Notes: a model not told the origin generated them from the letters alone. Counted from the first letter of the stretch, positions 1 to 10,721 are shown. The stretch: 64,000 nt of DNA from Bacillota bacterium (GCA_963666425.2 OY762825.2:1216001-1280000); one strand, 5' to 3'. A program made the numbers and translations.

Positions 1-10
1 AAAACTGGAA

Positions 11-877
11 ATGGAACTGATCACGGATGCCGATGCCAGCAGCGGATTAAAAGGAATCTGGTCGCGTTTCCGTAAGCATAAACTGGCTGTGGTCAGCTTA
101 TTTATGATCGTTGCCCTGCTTTTAATTGCGTTGTTGGCTCCGATTTTATCCCCTTATAATCCGGATGCGGTAGATCCGATCAATCGCCTGGCGGGACCAA
201 GCGCGGCGCATCTCTTAGGTCAGGATCAGCTGGGCCGTGATATCCTGAGCCGGATTATCTGGGGTTCGCGCGTTTCCTTAAGCGTCGGTTTTCTTGCCGG
301 TTCAATTTCACTGGTAGTCGGTGTTGTTCTGGGTGCTTTAGCTGGCTTCTATGGCGGCTGGGTTGATAATGTGATCATGCGGGTTGCTGAGATTTTTGTG
401 ACGATTCCGCAATTTTTACTGGTCATCGCGGTGGTAGCTGCTTTGGGACCGAGCCTGAATAATCTCATGATTGTCATTGGTCTGACTTCCTGGAACAGCT
501 ATGCCCGTCAGGTGCGGGCGAAAGTCATGCAAATCAAGCAATTGGATTATACCGAAGCCGCCCGGGCTTTGGGTTGTGACGATAAACGGATCATCTTTAA
601 GCATATCCTGCCCAACGCAGTCGTGCCGATCATCGTTACGGCCACCCTGAATATCGCCAGCGTCATTCTGCTGGAATCCAGCTTGACTTTCTTAGGGTTT
701 GGCGCTCAGCCGCCGCAGTCCACTTGGGGCTCTATTCTGAATGAAGGCAGAGCCTACATTCTCAATGCGCCGCATATCTGCACTTATCCCGGTATCGCCA
801 TTATGATCACGGTGCTGTCTTTCAATCTGATGGGTGACGGGTTACGGGATGCTTTGGACCCGAAAATGAAAATCTAA
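11..877 (+). CDS. Oligopeptide/dipeptide ABC transporter permease (OppC/DppC family)
   Basis: N-terminal OppC motif, HLLGQDQLGRDILSRII, EAA loop (YTEAARALG), C-terminal GDGLRDALDP. Confidence 0.95.
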   Translation: MELITDADASSGLKGIWSRFRKHKLAVVSLFMIVALLLIALLAPILSPYNPDAVDPINRLAGPSAAHLLGQDQLGRDILSRIIWGSRVSLSVGFLAGSISLVVGVVLGALAGFYGGWVDNVIMRVAEIFVTIPQFLLVIAVVAALGPSLNNLMIVIGLTSWNSYARQVRAKVMQIKQLDYTEAARALGCDDKRIIFKHILPNAVVPIIVTATLNIASVILLESSLTFLGFGAQPPQSTWGSILNEGRAYILNAPHICTYPGIAIMITVLSFNLMGDGLRDALDPKMKI

Positions 878-911
878 ATCGCAGCGTTTCAATTTCCAGT
901 TCTTCTAAATC

Positions 912-964
912 AACAGACAAGCAAAAGGGGCGGTGTTGCACACCGCCCCTTTTGTTTGTCTGTT
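912..964. terminator. Bidirectional intrinsic terminator
   Basis: Long inverted repeat aacagacaagcaaaaggggcggtg...caccgccccttttgtttgtctgtt between convergent genes. Confidence 0.85.
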
Positions 965-970
965 TTCACT

Positions 971-2275
971 TTACCATTTTAATGGCAGTCTACCTTTTTC
1001 GATGTAAGCCGCCATTTCTGCCGGCGGAACCATGCCGCCGCCGGTTGACCATGCAAGATGCGTCGCATTGTTCCATTGCTGTTCAGTGAAGCGTTTATGG
1101 TAAGCTGCATCGCTTTGTGTGATCTGATAACCGAACAAACCGGCACAGGCAGAAGGTTCCAGGGCAATCCCTTCCGTATCATACAGCCGGGTCAGCATGG
1201 GATAGGCTTTGGCATCCTGCAGGGTATAGATACCGTCCAGACGATGACCGATGATACGGCCGATCAATTTGGACGGTCGTGCGACCGCCAAGCCATCCAT
1301 CGCCGTTTTACCGGATAAACCGATGTCCTGCACACAGATTTCATCATGCAGCCCGGTCGCCACGCCCAAAAGCATGCAAGGGGACTGCACCGGTTCGGCA
1401 AAAAAGCAATGCACATGACTGCCAAATTCCTGTTTTAGACCATAGGTAATTCCACCGGGACTGCCGCCGACACCGCAAGGCAAGTAAACAAACAGCGGAT
1501 GTTCCGCATCGACGCGGACTCCCGCCGCCAGCAGTTGGGCGGCTGTTCGCTTGCTTGCCACGCTGTAACCATAAAAAAGCGTAAAAGAATTTTCATCATC
1601 GACAAAATGGCAATTAGGGTCCAGGGCTGCCTGCTTACGCCCCTCCTGCACCGCCAGCATAAAGTCACCGTCATACTCCACCACACGCGCTCCTTTTGAG
1701 CGCAGTAAATCCTTTTTCCACTGACGCGCATCGGCAGACATATGTACTGTCACTTGAAAACCAAGTTTCGCACTGATGATGCCAATCGACAAGCCCAAAT
1801 TACCGGTCGAACCCACGGCCACCGCATATTGCGAAAACAGCCGATGAAACTGCGGTTCTGCCAAAATACTGTAGTCCTGATCCGGCTGCAGCATGCCTTT
1901 TTCCATGGCGATCTGCTCAGCCAAGACCAAAATTTCGTAAATTCCGCCGCGGGCCTTGATGGAACCGGAAATAGGCAGGGCATGATCGCCTTTCAGAAAA
2001 AAACGGCCAGTCAGAGCGATGGGAGATTCGCTGCGCAAAGAATCCGTCAGGCGGGGCAGCGGAATCAACTCTGACTCGATCAATCCTCCGTTGGCTGCCG
2101 TTTCCGGAAAGGCGATCATAAAATAAGCCGCAAAGCGCTGCAGACGTCTTCTGGCATCTTCCACTCCGTCTGGGCTGGCCAGAGAGGATTCTGTTTCCTG
2201 TAAATTCGGATTCAACCAAAAAATCTCCTCTGCCGCGGCCAAGTGCTGCAGCAACGGATTATTCGCTGTATTCAT
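971..2275 (-). CDS. dsdA: D-serine ammonia-lyase (D-serine dehydratase)
   Basis: PLP-lysine motif [44 protein letters not shown]. Confidence 0.95.
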   Translation of the reverse strand: MNTANNPLLQHLAAAEEIFWLNPNLQETESSLASPDGVEDARRRLQRFAAYFMIAFPETAANGGLIESELIPLPRLTDSLRSESPIALTGRFFLKGDHALPISGSIKARGGIYEILVLAEQIAMEKGMLQPDQDYSILAEPQFHRLFSQYAVAVGSTGNLGLSIGIISAKLGFQVTVHMSADARQWKKDLLRSKGARVVEYDGDFMLAVQEGRKQAALDPNCHFVDDENSFTLFYGYSVASKRTAAQLLAAGVRVDAEHPLFVYLPCGVGGSPGGITYGLKQEFGSHVHCFFAEPVQSPCMLLGVATGLHDEICVQDIGLSGKTAMDGLAVARPSKLIGRIIGHRLDGIYTLQDAKAYPMLTRLYDTEGIALEPSACAGLFGYQITQSDAAYHKRFTEQQWNNATHLAWSTGGGMVPPAEMAAYIEKGRLPLKW

Positions 2276-2278
2276 CTG

Positions 2279-2548
2279 CTATTCTCCTTCCAGCAAATCT
2301 GCCGCTCTTAAAGTGCGCAGCAGATCTGCGATGCTTTGCCGCGCCGTGCTTGCGTCCACTTCATATTCCGCCAACAACGCCTCGAGCAGCTGATCTTCAC
2401 TACTGCCCCACTCTAAAAGGCGCCAGAGAAAGGCTGCGGTTTCATTTAACTGGATCAAACCATTGAATTGTTCCGCTGCCTCTTCGACGGCGATGACGAC
2501 GGACTGCCCGGCATAGGGCCTTAAAAGGAATCCTTTTTTGATTTTCAT
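2279..2548 (-). CDS. PqqD family protein (RiPP recognition element-like)
   Basis: 89 aa with LNETAAFLWRLL and LLAEYEVD...L...DLL pattern typical of PqqD/RRE. Confidence 0.88.
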   Translation of the reverse strand: MKIKKGFLLRPYAGQSVVIAVEEAAEQFNGLIQLNETAAFLWRLLEWGSSEDQLLEALLAEYEVDASTARQSIADLLRTLRAADLLEGE

Positions 2549-3252
2549 GCTGACCCTCCTTTCATGGTACCATAAGCAAGTTCGACTGCCTCTGCCGAGA
2601 TGGTGCAGTTCAATTCGTAAATTGGTATCGTATCCGTGAAATATTGCAGTAAATCCAGCAGGTGCTGCATCGCCTGCGTTTCCGATGGCCGCAGCGTCTG
2701 ATTCAGCAGCATCGGCAGCAAACGGCTCTGCTCGAGCCTTCGGATACTGTTTTGGGAGCTCTGCCGCAGCAGACTGACAGCCCGCAGCGGCGCCTTGTCA
2801 TTGCTTTGCAATTGATGTTTTCCGCCCCAGGGTGTACCGTACACGACAAACCGCCCGTTTTGCAGCCGCAAAACGGGTTTGTCATCGTTGAGCATGCTCA
2901 CACGTTCCGCAAATCGCTGCCGCCAGAGCGCGGCATGCGTCGATTTACCTGTGCCGCTTGGAGCGGTGAATAAATAAGCTTCCTCATCCAGAGCCAGCGC
3001 CGAGGCATGCAGTAAAAAGCCGTCATAATCAAGCAAAGCCCGGCAAATTTGTCGCTGCAGACAGTTGCTCTCATGCAGTGCCGGTGGTAATTGCGGATCT
3101 TTCTGTTGTTCTGCCGCCAGCATGGCATCGCTCACGGTGATGATCACCTGTGCCGGAGCATCGCATTGATACGCGCGGCACAGGGTGTTCAATTCATCGA
3201 AGCGCGGGGTAAAACTGAAAACCAGATCGGCAATACGAAGATTTGACATCAT
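2545..3252 (-). CDS. HPr kinase-like P-loop protein (ScmC/lasso-cluster kinase-like)
   Basis: LLHASA, Walker A APSGTGKST, LNDD motif, GTPW; 4-bp overlap with the PqqD gene. Confidence 0.75.
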   Translation of the reverse strand: MMSNLRIADLVFSFTPRFDELNTLCRAYQCDAPAQVIITVSDAMLAAEQQKDPQLPPALHESNCLQRQICRALLDYDGFLLHASALALDEEAYLFTAPSGTGKSTHAALWRQRFAERVSMLNDDKPVLRLQNGRFVVYGTPWGGKHQLQSNDKAPLRAVSLLRQSSQNSIRRLEQSRLLPMLLNQTLRPSETQAMQHLLDLLQYFTDTIPIYELNCTISAEAVELAYGTMKGGSA

Positions 3253-3259
3253 ACAATGA

Positions 3260-4237
3260 CTATTTTAAAACTTCTTTGATCACGCGCAGGACATTGCCAT
3301 AGGCGATTTTTTCAATCTGCGCCTCGCTGAAGCCTGCTTTGCCGAGCGCGTCAAAAATGATCTGCATCTTTGACGCATCCTTCACTTCCAGGTTGCTGGT
3401 GATACCGTCAAAATCGGAACCCAAGCCCACACACTCAATACCGCCCAGCTGCACAAAATGCTGGATATGACGCACCATATCCGAGACCAGGCTGTCTTTG
3501 CTGCTGATGTCTGCGCTTAAGAAATTGGAGCAGAAATTGATTCCGGAAACGCCGCCGCTCTTCGCGAGCAGGGGGATCATTTCATCCGTTAGGTTGCGTT
3601 GATGTCCGGATAAGGCGCGGCAATTGGAATGAGACGCCACAAATGGCTTCTTGCTGAGACGGGCAACATCAAAAAAACCGCCGTCAGAAAGGTGAGAGAC
3701 ATCAACCAACATGCCTTTGTCATTCATCCATTCTACTGCTTCGCAGCCAAAGGCAGTTAACCCCTTGTTCATCACAGCCGCATCCAGTGAATTGGGGAAA
3801 CCAAAACAGTTGGCGTAATTCCAGGTGAAGGAGATCAGTCGAACGCCCAAATCATAATAATGCTGCAGCCGATCAAAGCTTCCTTCTACCGGACGGCCGT
3901 CTTCAATGGTTAAAAAGGCCGACATCTTGCCTGCTTTGTTGTTGGCCTGCAGATCGGCCGCATTGCGCGCAAAACCGATCAGATCGCTGTGTTTGCCGAT
4001 TTCCCGCAACAGAGCAGCCTGCATCATGTCAATCATCACATCATCCGGCGGCAGTTCGTGACCTCTCTCTTTTGCCTGTGCGCGGGGCGGCAGGAACATG
4101 GCGAAGAACTGCGCCATATAATCGCCTTTCTGCATTTTTTGAAAGTCAATATTCAAGTCGTTGGCAAAAAGATTAAATTCATCCGGTTTGCGGTAGGCGC
4201 CGCCTAAAGTATCACAATGCATATCAATGATTTTCAT
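3260..4237 (-). CDS. Membrane dipeptidase (peptidase M19)
   Basis: DMHCD, TIED, DVSHLSD, SHSN, HQRNLTD, GLGSDFDG; start moved to ATG 4237 after an AAGGG RBS. Confidence 0.93.
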   Translation of the reverse strand: MKIIDMHCDTLGGAYRKPDEFNLFANDLNIDFQKMQKGDYMAQFFAMFLPPRAQAKERGHELPPDDVMIDMMQAALLREIGKHSDLIGFARNAADLQANNKAGKMSAFLTIEDGRPVEGSFDRLQHYYDLGVRLISFTWNYANCFGFPNSLDAAVMNKGLTAFGCEAVEWMNDKGMLVDVSHLSDGGFFDVARLSKKPFVASHSNCRALSGHQRNLTDEMIPLLAKSGGVSGINFCSNFLSADISSKDSLVSDMVRHIQHFVQLGGIECVGLGSDFDGITSNLEVKDASKMQIIFDALGKAGFSEAQIEKIAYGNVLRVIKEVLK

Positions 4238-4468
4238 CTGGGAGAACCCTTCTTTCACTATATTTGCTTCTTCTTTCGTCAAATCATATTGAATTCCTGC
4301 TTTCCGTGCAGAATAGTCCATACCTTTTTCGCTCTCTGTTTAATCGTTTTTGTTCTGTGTTGCTTTAGTTTTATAGTCGTCTACGCCGGTAGTTCTATCA
4401 GGGCAGGTGGTTAAGATATTTATTCTTTCTATTATTAATGTTAATGTAAATTTATTTAACCTTCACCC

Positions 4469-4497
4469 TTGACAGTACAAAAATAAAATGCTATACT
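4469..4497 (+). promoter_or_regulatory. Sigma-A promoter for the ABC transporter pair
   Basis: TTGACA-17 nt-TATACT with extended -10 TG. Confidence 0.75.
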
Positions 4498-4582
4498 CGC
4501 TCTGAAATCAGTGATCCTTTAAGAGATCAGCGAACGATTGATACACCTTTCACTTTGCGAAATGAAGAAAAGAGGCAACACG

Positions 4583-6403
4583 ATGCAAGAAAGCAAAGAA
4601 AAGACCACCTATTCCCTCAAACAAAATCTGATCTGGCTGGCTCGCTATACTTGGCAGACCGACCGCAGCTTGTACCTTTATTTTATCGCATTTACCTTGA
4701 TCAGCGCTGTGAAACCGTTTATTGTCATTTTCTTTCCCAAATTCCTGCTGCAGGAATTAATGGGACCAGCCAATGTGAGCCGCTTGATCGCTTTACTGGC
4801 TGCCTTCTTTCTCAGCGCAGCCCTCTGCAATTTCGCTTTTGCTCGCCTTTCTGCCGACTACCAAGGTCGCCTGATCGCCTTAAGACTGACCGTGATTTTG
4901 AAACTGCAAAAAAAATGTATGGAGACTGATTTTCAAAATACCGAAGACCCCGCTTTTCTTACCGCTATGGAAGCGGCTTCCAACGGAATGGATGGCAACG
5001 GTCTCGGTTTTGAAGGAATGCTGCGCAAAATCTTCGAAATTTCCGGCAGCCTGCTGGCTTTTCTCGGTTACGCAGCGATTGTTGGCCGCTTGCATCTTTT
5101 CGTGCTGATCTACTTGCTGCTGAACGTGATCGTTTCCTATTACTTTACACTGAATGCGAAGACTTTCGAATATAAAATGAAAGACATTTTAGCCGATTTC
5201 AACCGACGCTATCAATATTTCTATAAAACCATGTATGATTTCAGTTACGGCAAAGAACTTCGCCTTTTGGGTTTGCGCAAACGGATGACCCGGCAGGCAG
5301 CAGAACAGCAAAGTAATCTGCTGAAGACTCGTCAAGCCATCTATTTCGTCAATTTCAAAGCGAATTTAGCCGATGTCCTGCTGATGCTGCTGCGGGAAGG
5401 CATCATTTATTATTATCTGATTCGGATGGTGGTCAACGGCAGTTTAGGTATCGCAGATTTTACGATGTATTTTGCCACTGTTGCTGCTTTTGCGAATTGG
5501 TTTACCGGCATTGTAACGAATTTCGCTTTTTTACGGGCACAAAATTTCTATCTGACCGATATCCGCAACTTCCAGGATCAGCCGGATCTACTGGTCAGCA
5601 CCAACCGGCGTCCTTTGCCCGCAGCGCCTTACCGCATTGAATTCCGGGATGTTTCTTTCCATTATCCCCGCAGTAAGAACGAAATTTATCATCATATGAA
5701 TCTGGTCATTCCTGCCGGCCAGAAACTGGCCATCGTCGGCCGCAACGGTGCCGGCAAAACCACCTTCATCAAGCTGCTTTGCCGGCTTTACGATGTAACG
5801 GAAGGTGAAATTTTATTGAACGGTATTAACATCAAAGAATTTGACCGCCGCGAGTACTATCGGCTTTTCTCTACCGTGTTTCAGGAGATCAAGCCACTGG
5901 CTTTCACAATCGCAGAAAATGTCAGTGTCAGCGAAAGTGACGAAATCGATTTTGCACGTTTGCAGCGAGCCTTGAGCGAGGCGGATATCGCCGATCGCAT
6001 TGCTCATTTAAAAAACAAAACCAACACATCCATGCTGAAAATTCTTGACCCCGAAGGGCTGGAATTCTCCGGCGGAGAAAACCAACGCATCGCCATTGCC
6101 CGTGCCTTCTACAAGCAAGGAGAGATTTTGGTTTTAGACGAACCGACTGCCGCCCTGGACGCTCTGGCCGAAGCCAATATCTATCAGCATTTCGATCAGG
6201 CAGTCCATCAGCGTACGGCAATTTACATCTCGCACCGGCTGGCATCCACCTTCTTCTGCGACAGGATTGCTTTGTTTGAAAATGGACAGGTTGTCGAATC
6301 CGGCAGCCATGCGGAATTGATGGCGAAGCAGGGTAAGTACGCCGATATGTTCGAAACGCAAAGTCGGTATTACAAGGAAGAAGCGGAGGTGGCAAATCAA
6401 TGA
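4583..6403 (+). CDS. ABC exporter, fused permease/ATPase
   Basis: N-terminal TM helices, Walker A GRNGAGKT, FSGGE signature, LVLDEPT; likely start ATG 4583. Confidence 0.92.
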   Translation: MQESKEKTTYSLKQNLIWLARYTWQTDRSLYLYFIAFTLISAVKPFIVIFFPKFLLQELMGPANVSRLIALLAAFFLSAALCNFAFARLSADYQGRLIALRLTVILKLQKKCMETDFQNTEDPAFLTAMEAASNGMDGNGLGFEGMLRKIFEISGSLLAFLGYAAIVGRLHLFVLIYLLLNVIVSYYFTLNAKTFEYKMKDILADFNRRYQYFYKTMYDFSYGKELRLLGLRKRMTRQAAEQQSNLLKTRQAIYFVNFKANLADVLLMLLREGIIYYYLIRMVVNGSLGIADFTMYFATVAAFANWFTGIVTNFAFLRAQNFYLTDIRNFQDQPDLLVSTNRRPLPAAPYRIEFRDVSFHYPRSKNEIYHHMNLVIPAGQKLAIVGRNGAGKTTFIKLLCRLYDVTEGEILLNGINIKEFDRREYYRLFSTVFQEIKPLAFTIAENVSVSESDEIDFARLQRALSEADIADRIAHLKNKTNTSMLKILDPEGLEFSGGENQRIAIARAFYKQGEILVLDEPTAALDALAEANIYQHFDQAVHQRTAIYISHRLASTFFCDRIALFENGQVVESGSHAELMAKQGKYADMFETQSRYYKEEAEVANQ

Positions 6404-8202
6404 AAACAGCACAGCCCGGGAGCATTCAAAAAGATTTTCAGGTCGCCTTTCATTTTTACCAGTTGGCTTTCCGCTTAAAAAAGAGCTACTTATTCCTGGT
6501 GTCCGCCGCCGCCTTTTTTCAGGCACTTACTCCATTTCTGAATGTCATCGTGCCAAAATTGATCATTGATGAATTAATGGCGAGCCAGCGCCTGCCGGTT
6601 TTGCTTCATTTGATCGCACTGGTCACCCTTGGAAATGGCTTGCTCAATCTGCTCAATCGTTGGTTTGCCTATCAAATTCAAGTCGCTGACCGCGATTTGG
6701 TGCAGCGTATCGAATTGAATATGGGCAAACATATCATGCAGATGGATTTTGAAAAAATGGAAGACCCTGTGATTCTCAATCAAAAAGATCAGGCGATCTT
6801 CCCCATTCGTAATCAAGGTGTTTTCTATAACATGACCGCTGCTTCACTGAAGTTAGTTCAATATTTAATCTCTTGCCTGGGTATGATCGCGATCCTCGCC
6901 ACCTTAAATCCCTTGCTCATTCTATTCATTCTGGCCATGGTTGCCTGTAATAGCTTTATTTTTAAAAAGCAGCAAGCAATTTCTTACCAGCTCAATCAGG
7001 ATATGGTGCCGCTCAATCGTAAATATAGCTACTATATCGACCTTACCTCGGATTTTACCTTGGCCAAAGACATCCGGCTTTTTGATATGTCTCCTTTTCT
7101 TATGAAAAAAATGGATGCTTTTAAAAAAGCCAATATTGACATTCTGTTGAAAATGTTTTCCACCCAAGGTCTCTACGATAGCTATTCCCAAATCATTCTG
7201 CAGTTGCAGATGATTGCCATCTATGGTTTTATGGTTTGGCGTGTTTTCGTCAAAGCCATTGGCATCGGTGATTTTACCATGTATGTCGCCGCGGCAACTT
7301 CCTTCGCCACCAATGTTTCACTGATGCTGACCAGCTGGCTGGAATTCCGGCAAAGCTGCAAATATCTGAATTTGTACTTAAATTTCGCCCAAATCCCTTC
7401 CCGTTCAGCCGAGCACGGCAGCAAGCCGAATCTCTCTGGGCAGCAGGCCGACTTTGAATTCAAGCATGTCTGGTTCAAATACCCCAGAGCCACGGAATAC
7501 ACGCTGAAGGACGTCAGCATCCGCATTGCCGCGGGAGAAAAACTGTCTGTTGTTGGTCCCAATGGAGCGGGCAAAACGACGTTCATCAAATTGCTCTGCC
7601 GCTTATATGAACCGGAAAAGGGTGAGATTTTACTCAATGGTATCCCGATCAAAGAATTCGATGAAGAGGAATATCATAAAATACTGGCAGTGGTTTTCCA
7701 GGATTATAAACTCTTCTCTTTCTCCATCCGGGACAATATTTGCCTGGACCAGCCTTGCGATGAGAGCAATTTACAAGCAGCGCTCGACAAAGCGGGCATC
7801 GCAGCAAAAGTCGCCAGCTTGGACAAAGGCTTGGACACGCCGCTTTATAAAAATTTCGAACCGGACGGTATTGAGCTCTCCGGCGGTGAAATGCAGAAGT
7901 TGGTCATCGCCAGAGCGGTCTATAAAGACAGTCCGGTGGTGATACTGGATGAGCCAACCGCAGCACTTGATCCATATGCTGAATTTGAAGTCTACAGCAA
8001 ATTCAATGATTTGGTGCAGAATAAAACGGCAATTTACATTTCTCATCGCCTTTCCAGCTGCCGCTTCTGTGATCATATCGCAGTATTTAACGACGGCCGC
8101 CTGGTGGAGTATGGCAGCCATGCTGAGCTGGAGCATGGCAATGGTCTCTATGCTCAAATGTGGCAGGCACAAGCCCAGTATTATCAAGCCTGCGGCAGCT
8201 AA
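6400..8202 (+). CDS. ABC exporter, fused permease/ATPase (paralog, probable heterodimer partner)
   Basis: GPNGAGKT, LSGGE, ILDEPT; ATGA overlap with the previous gene. Confidence 0.92.
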   Translation: MKTAQPGSIQKDFQVAFHFYQLAFRLKKSYLFLVSAAAFFQALTPFLNVIVPKLIIDELMASQRLPVLLHLIALVTLGNGLLNLLNRWFAYQIQVADRDLVQRIELNMGKHIMQMDFEKMEDPVILNQKDQAIFPIRNQGVFYNMTAASLKLVQYLISCLGMIAILATLNPLLILFILAMVACNSFIFKKQQAISYQLNQDMVPLNRKYSYYIDLTSDFTLAKDIRLFDMSPFLMKKMDAFKKANIDILLKMFSTQGLYDSYSQIILQLQMIAIYGFMVWRVFVKAIGIGDFTMYVAAATSFATNVSLMLTSWLEFRQSCKYLNLYLNFAQIPSRSAEHGSKPNLSGQQADFEFKHVWFKYPRATEYTLKDVSIRIAAGEKLSVVGPNGAGKTTFIKLLCRLYEPEKGEILLNGIPIKEFDEEEYHKILAVVFQDYKLFSFSIRDNICLDQPCDESNLQAALDKAGIAAKVASLDKGLDTPLYKNFEPDGIELSGGEMQKLVIARAVYKDSPVVILDEPTAALDPYAEFEVYSKFNDLVQNKTAIYISHRLSSCRFCDHIAVFNDGRLVEYGSHAELEHGNGLYAQMWQAQAQYYQACGS

Positions 8203-8287
8203 TTCCACTGCTGTTTTGAATCGGCCGAGTCCTTTGGCTGTCTTGCTCACGAGTCACGCCGGAGAAAGAATGTTTCTGTCAATAAAT

Positions 8288-8331
8288 AAAGGTGCCGCAG
8301 CAATTTTTCGTTTTGCTGCGGTACCTTTTTT
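8288..8331. terminator. Bidirectional intrinsic terminator
   Basis: aaaggtgccgcagcaa...ttgctgcggtacctttttt between convergent genes. Confidence 0.75.
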
Positions 8332-8344
8332 ATGGCTGATTCAC

Positions 8345-9229
8345 TCAGGAATTTTTATACTCTTCCAGTTCTGCGACACGCAGATTCTGGAACCCTTCGC
8401 CCAAAACCTCGTTGGACTCCAGAATGATGGTAAAGGCTTTCGGATCGATCTGCTTGACTACCTTTTCCACAATGAACATTTCCTTGTTGTTGCAGGCGCA
8501 CATCACAACCTGCTTTTCCGTCCTTTGATAACCGCCTTTGGCTTGCAGCAAGGTAGAGCCGCGACCGCTGTATTCATCGATCATATCACAGATTTGCTCC
8601 CCTTTCTCGGTCACGATCAATGCCATTTTACCGGCATTCACTCCATACATGAATTTATCCACGACCTGAGAATAGAGATAAGTGATCATCATACCATAAA
8701 TAATGCCGTCGATATCACGGAAGATCAAACCGGCAATTAAGACGATTACAGTATCAGAAATAAAAATAATCCTGCCCAGCGGAATATGCGGATTGGCTGA
8801 CTTAACAGCCATTGAGATAAAATCCGTACCACCGGTAGAAGAATTGCGCATATAAATTAAAGCGTAGCCCACTCCCGCCAAGACGCCGGTGCAAATGGCC
8901 GCCAAGAGGCGATCTCCGGAATAAACCGGCAGCAAAGGGGCAACATAATCGATGATCAGGGAGGAAGTCAGCGTACAGCGCAGAGAGCGGAAGAAAAACC
9001 CCTTACCGAGACGATGATAGCAGAGCAGCGCCACCGGAATATTCATTAAAATCACCGTCGCACCAATGTTAAAACCAAAGAGGCGACGCAGGATTAAGGC
9101 AATACCGGAAATGCCGGTCATCGGGAACTCCGCATGCAGCGCAAAATTATACAAACCGATCGCAATCAGAAATCCCCCGGCCAACTCCACCACGGTATCC
9201 AGCGCGATCTTTTTCAGTTTCTTTTTCAT
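8345..9229 (-). CDS. YitT family membrane protein
   Basis: NSSTGGTD motif and C-terminal DUF2179-like IDPKAF...EVLGEGF. Confidence 0.9.
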   Translation of the reverse strand: MKKKLKKIALDTVVELAGGFLIAIGLYNFALHAEFPMTGISGIALILRRLFGFNIGATVILMNIPVALLCYHRLGKGFFFRSLRCTLTSSLIIDYVAPLLPVYSGDRLLAAICTGVLAGVGYALIYMRNSSTGGTDFISMAVKSANPHIPLGRIIFISDTVIVLIAGLIFRDIDGIIYGMMITYLYSQVVDKFMYGVNAGKMALIVTEKGEQICDMIDEYSGRGSTLLQAKGGYQRTEKQVVMCACNNKEMFIVEKVVKQIDPKAFTIILESNEVLGEGFQNLRVAELEEYKNS

Positions 9230-9403
9230 GATGATCCTCCTCCCTTACGCGAAAAAAAGCATTTCGCAAATTACACCTATAATCCGCAAAACGCTCTTTT
9301 GTTACTTTCTAGTATAACAGAGATGTTAATATCTGTCAACCCAAAATGCCGCTTGCACTGTTGTGCGGTTCTGCCTTTTCTCTGTTTTGCTGTGCTTTAA
9401 ACC

Positions 9404-9457
9404 AGAAAAAACCTCCTGCCGCAGCCGATCTGTTTTTGATGGCTGCCGGCAAGAGGT
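9404..9457 (-). terminator. Hairpin/terminator downstream of patB
   Basis: aaacctcctgccgcagcc...ggctgccggcaagaggttt imperfect inverted repeat. Confidence 0.55.
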
Positions 9458-9521
9458 TTCTGCTTCTCATCGTTTGCTCTTTTCTTTGCGGATTGCACCG
9501 CGCAAGGACAGTCACTGCCGT

Positions 9522-10721
9522 TTAGTTATCGGCAAATTGTTGGGCTATCCGTTCAAAGGCTTCCATAACGACACTGCGTGCTGCCGGCAGACAAACCCGT
9601 TCAAAACCGGCGCCAAACTCCGGATCGTGTACCAGACCGCTTTGCAGCATGACATTGGCTTTGCCGTAGATCCTGTCTTCTATTTCCGCATGGCTGAGAC
9701 CATAGCCGCTGAAATCAAGCCACAAGCAATAGGTCCCCTCCGGGCGCCATAGCTTCACTTTGGGCATTCTCTCTTGTAAGAATGCTTGCACCGCATCGAT
9801 ATTGCCATCGATATATGCATTGACTTGATCCAGCCATTCCTCCCCCTCGGTATAGGCTGCGATTAAAGCTGCCACCGCAAAGGGGGTGGGCATACGCATA
9901 CCCATGGCTTTTTTATAGGCTGCCCGCAGGGTATCATCGGCAATGACCGCATTGGAACAGGATAAACCAGCCAGATTAAAGGTTTTATTCACGGCATTGA
10001 GCACAACGATATTGCTTAAATCATCCACCACGGCAGCCAGAGGGTAGTGTCGGACCCCTTTGCGCAGGATATCGCAGTGTACCTCATCGGAGATGAGAAT
10101 CACTTGGTGTTTTTTGCAGATTGCCGCCAGCGTGCGCAATTCCTCCGGCTGCCAAACGCGGCCGACCGGGTTGTGCGGTGAGCAAAGCACAAAACACTTA
10201 TTCTTGGGATCGGCGCATTTTGCTTCAATATCCGCAAAATCCATACTGTAATAGCCGTTCTGATTGATCAGTTGGCTGCTGACCACCTTACGCTGACAGT
10301 CCTCTTCAATGGCACTGGTAAAATGGCCGTAAACCGGACGACAAAGAATAATACCGTCGCCTTCCTTGCTGAACGCTTTGATGGCGCCGTTGAGTGCTTC
10401 CACTGTGCCGTTGGCGTAGAGGATATGGTCCGGATTGATCTCCCAATTGTGTCTGGTTTTAAACCAATGCACAACCGCTGCGCGATAGGCAGGAGCAGCC
10501 AAATCGGAAGTATAGCCATAAATACGGAAATCAGCCACCCGATGCATCGCATCCACAATCGGCTGGGCGGTCGGTAAATCCATATCCGCTACCTGTAGAG
10601 GAATGGTATTTTCATCGAAGGTAAATTTCCCCTTCATCATCGCGGACATCATTGGCATCATGTCCCACTTCATCGAATAAGTCCCGCGCCGTTCAATCAC
10701 TTCATCAAAATTATACTTCAT
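9522..10721 (-). CDS. patB: MalY/PatB family PLP-dependent cystathionine beta-lyase
   Basis: YNFDEVIER..T.S.KWD, VADMD, CSPHNPVGRVW, SDEVH, KTFNLAGL, EGTY..WLDF. Confidence 0.9.
   Translation of the reverse strand: MKYNFDEVIERRGTYSMKWDMMPMMSAMMKGKFTFDENTIPLQVADMDLPTAQPIVDAMHRVADFRIYGYTSDLAAPAYRAAVVHWFKTRHNWEINPDHILYANGTVEALNGAIKAFSKEGDGIILCRPVYGHFTSAIEEDCQRKVVSSQLINQNGYYSMDFADIEAKCADPKNKCFVLCSPHNPVGRVWQPEELRTLAAICKKHQVILISDEVHCDILRKGVRHYPLAAVVDDLSNIVVLNAVNKTFNLAGLSCSNAVIADDTLRAAYKKAMGMRMPTPFAVAALIAAYTEGEEWLDQVNAYIDGNIDAVQAFLQERMPKVKLWRPEGTYCLWLDFSGYGLSHAEIEDRIYGKANVMLQSGLVHDPEFGAGFERVCLPAARSVVMEAFERIAQQFADN

Noticed and set aside
7949-8740. 263-aa plus-strand ORF and other long alternative-frame or antisense ORFs (e.g. 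22456-23196, 51037-51684)
   Set aside because: Shadow ORFs over well-supported genes, with no RBS or recognisable motifs.
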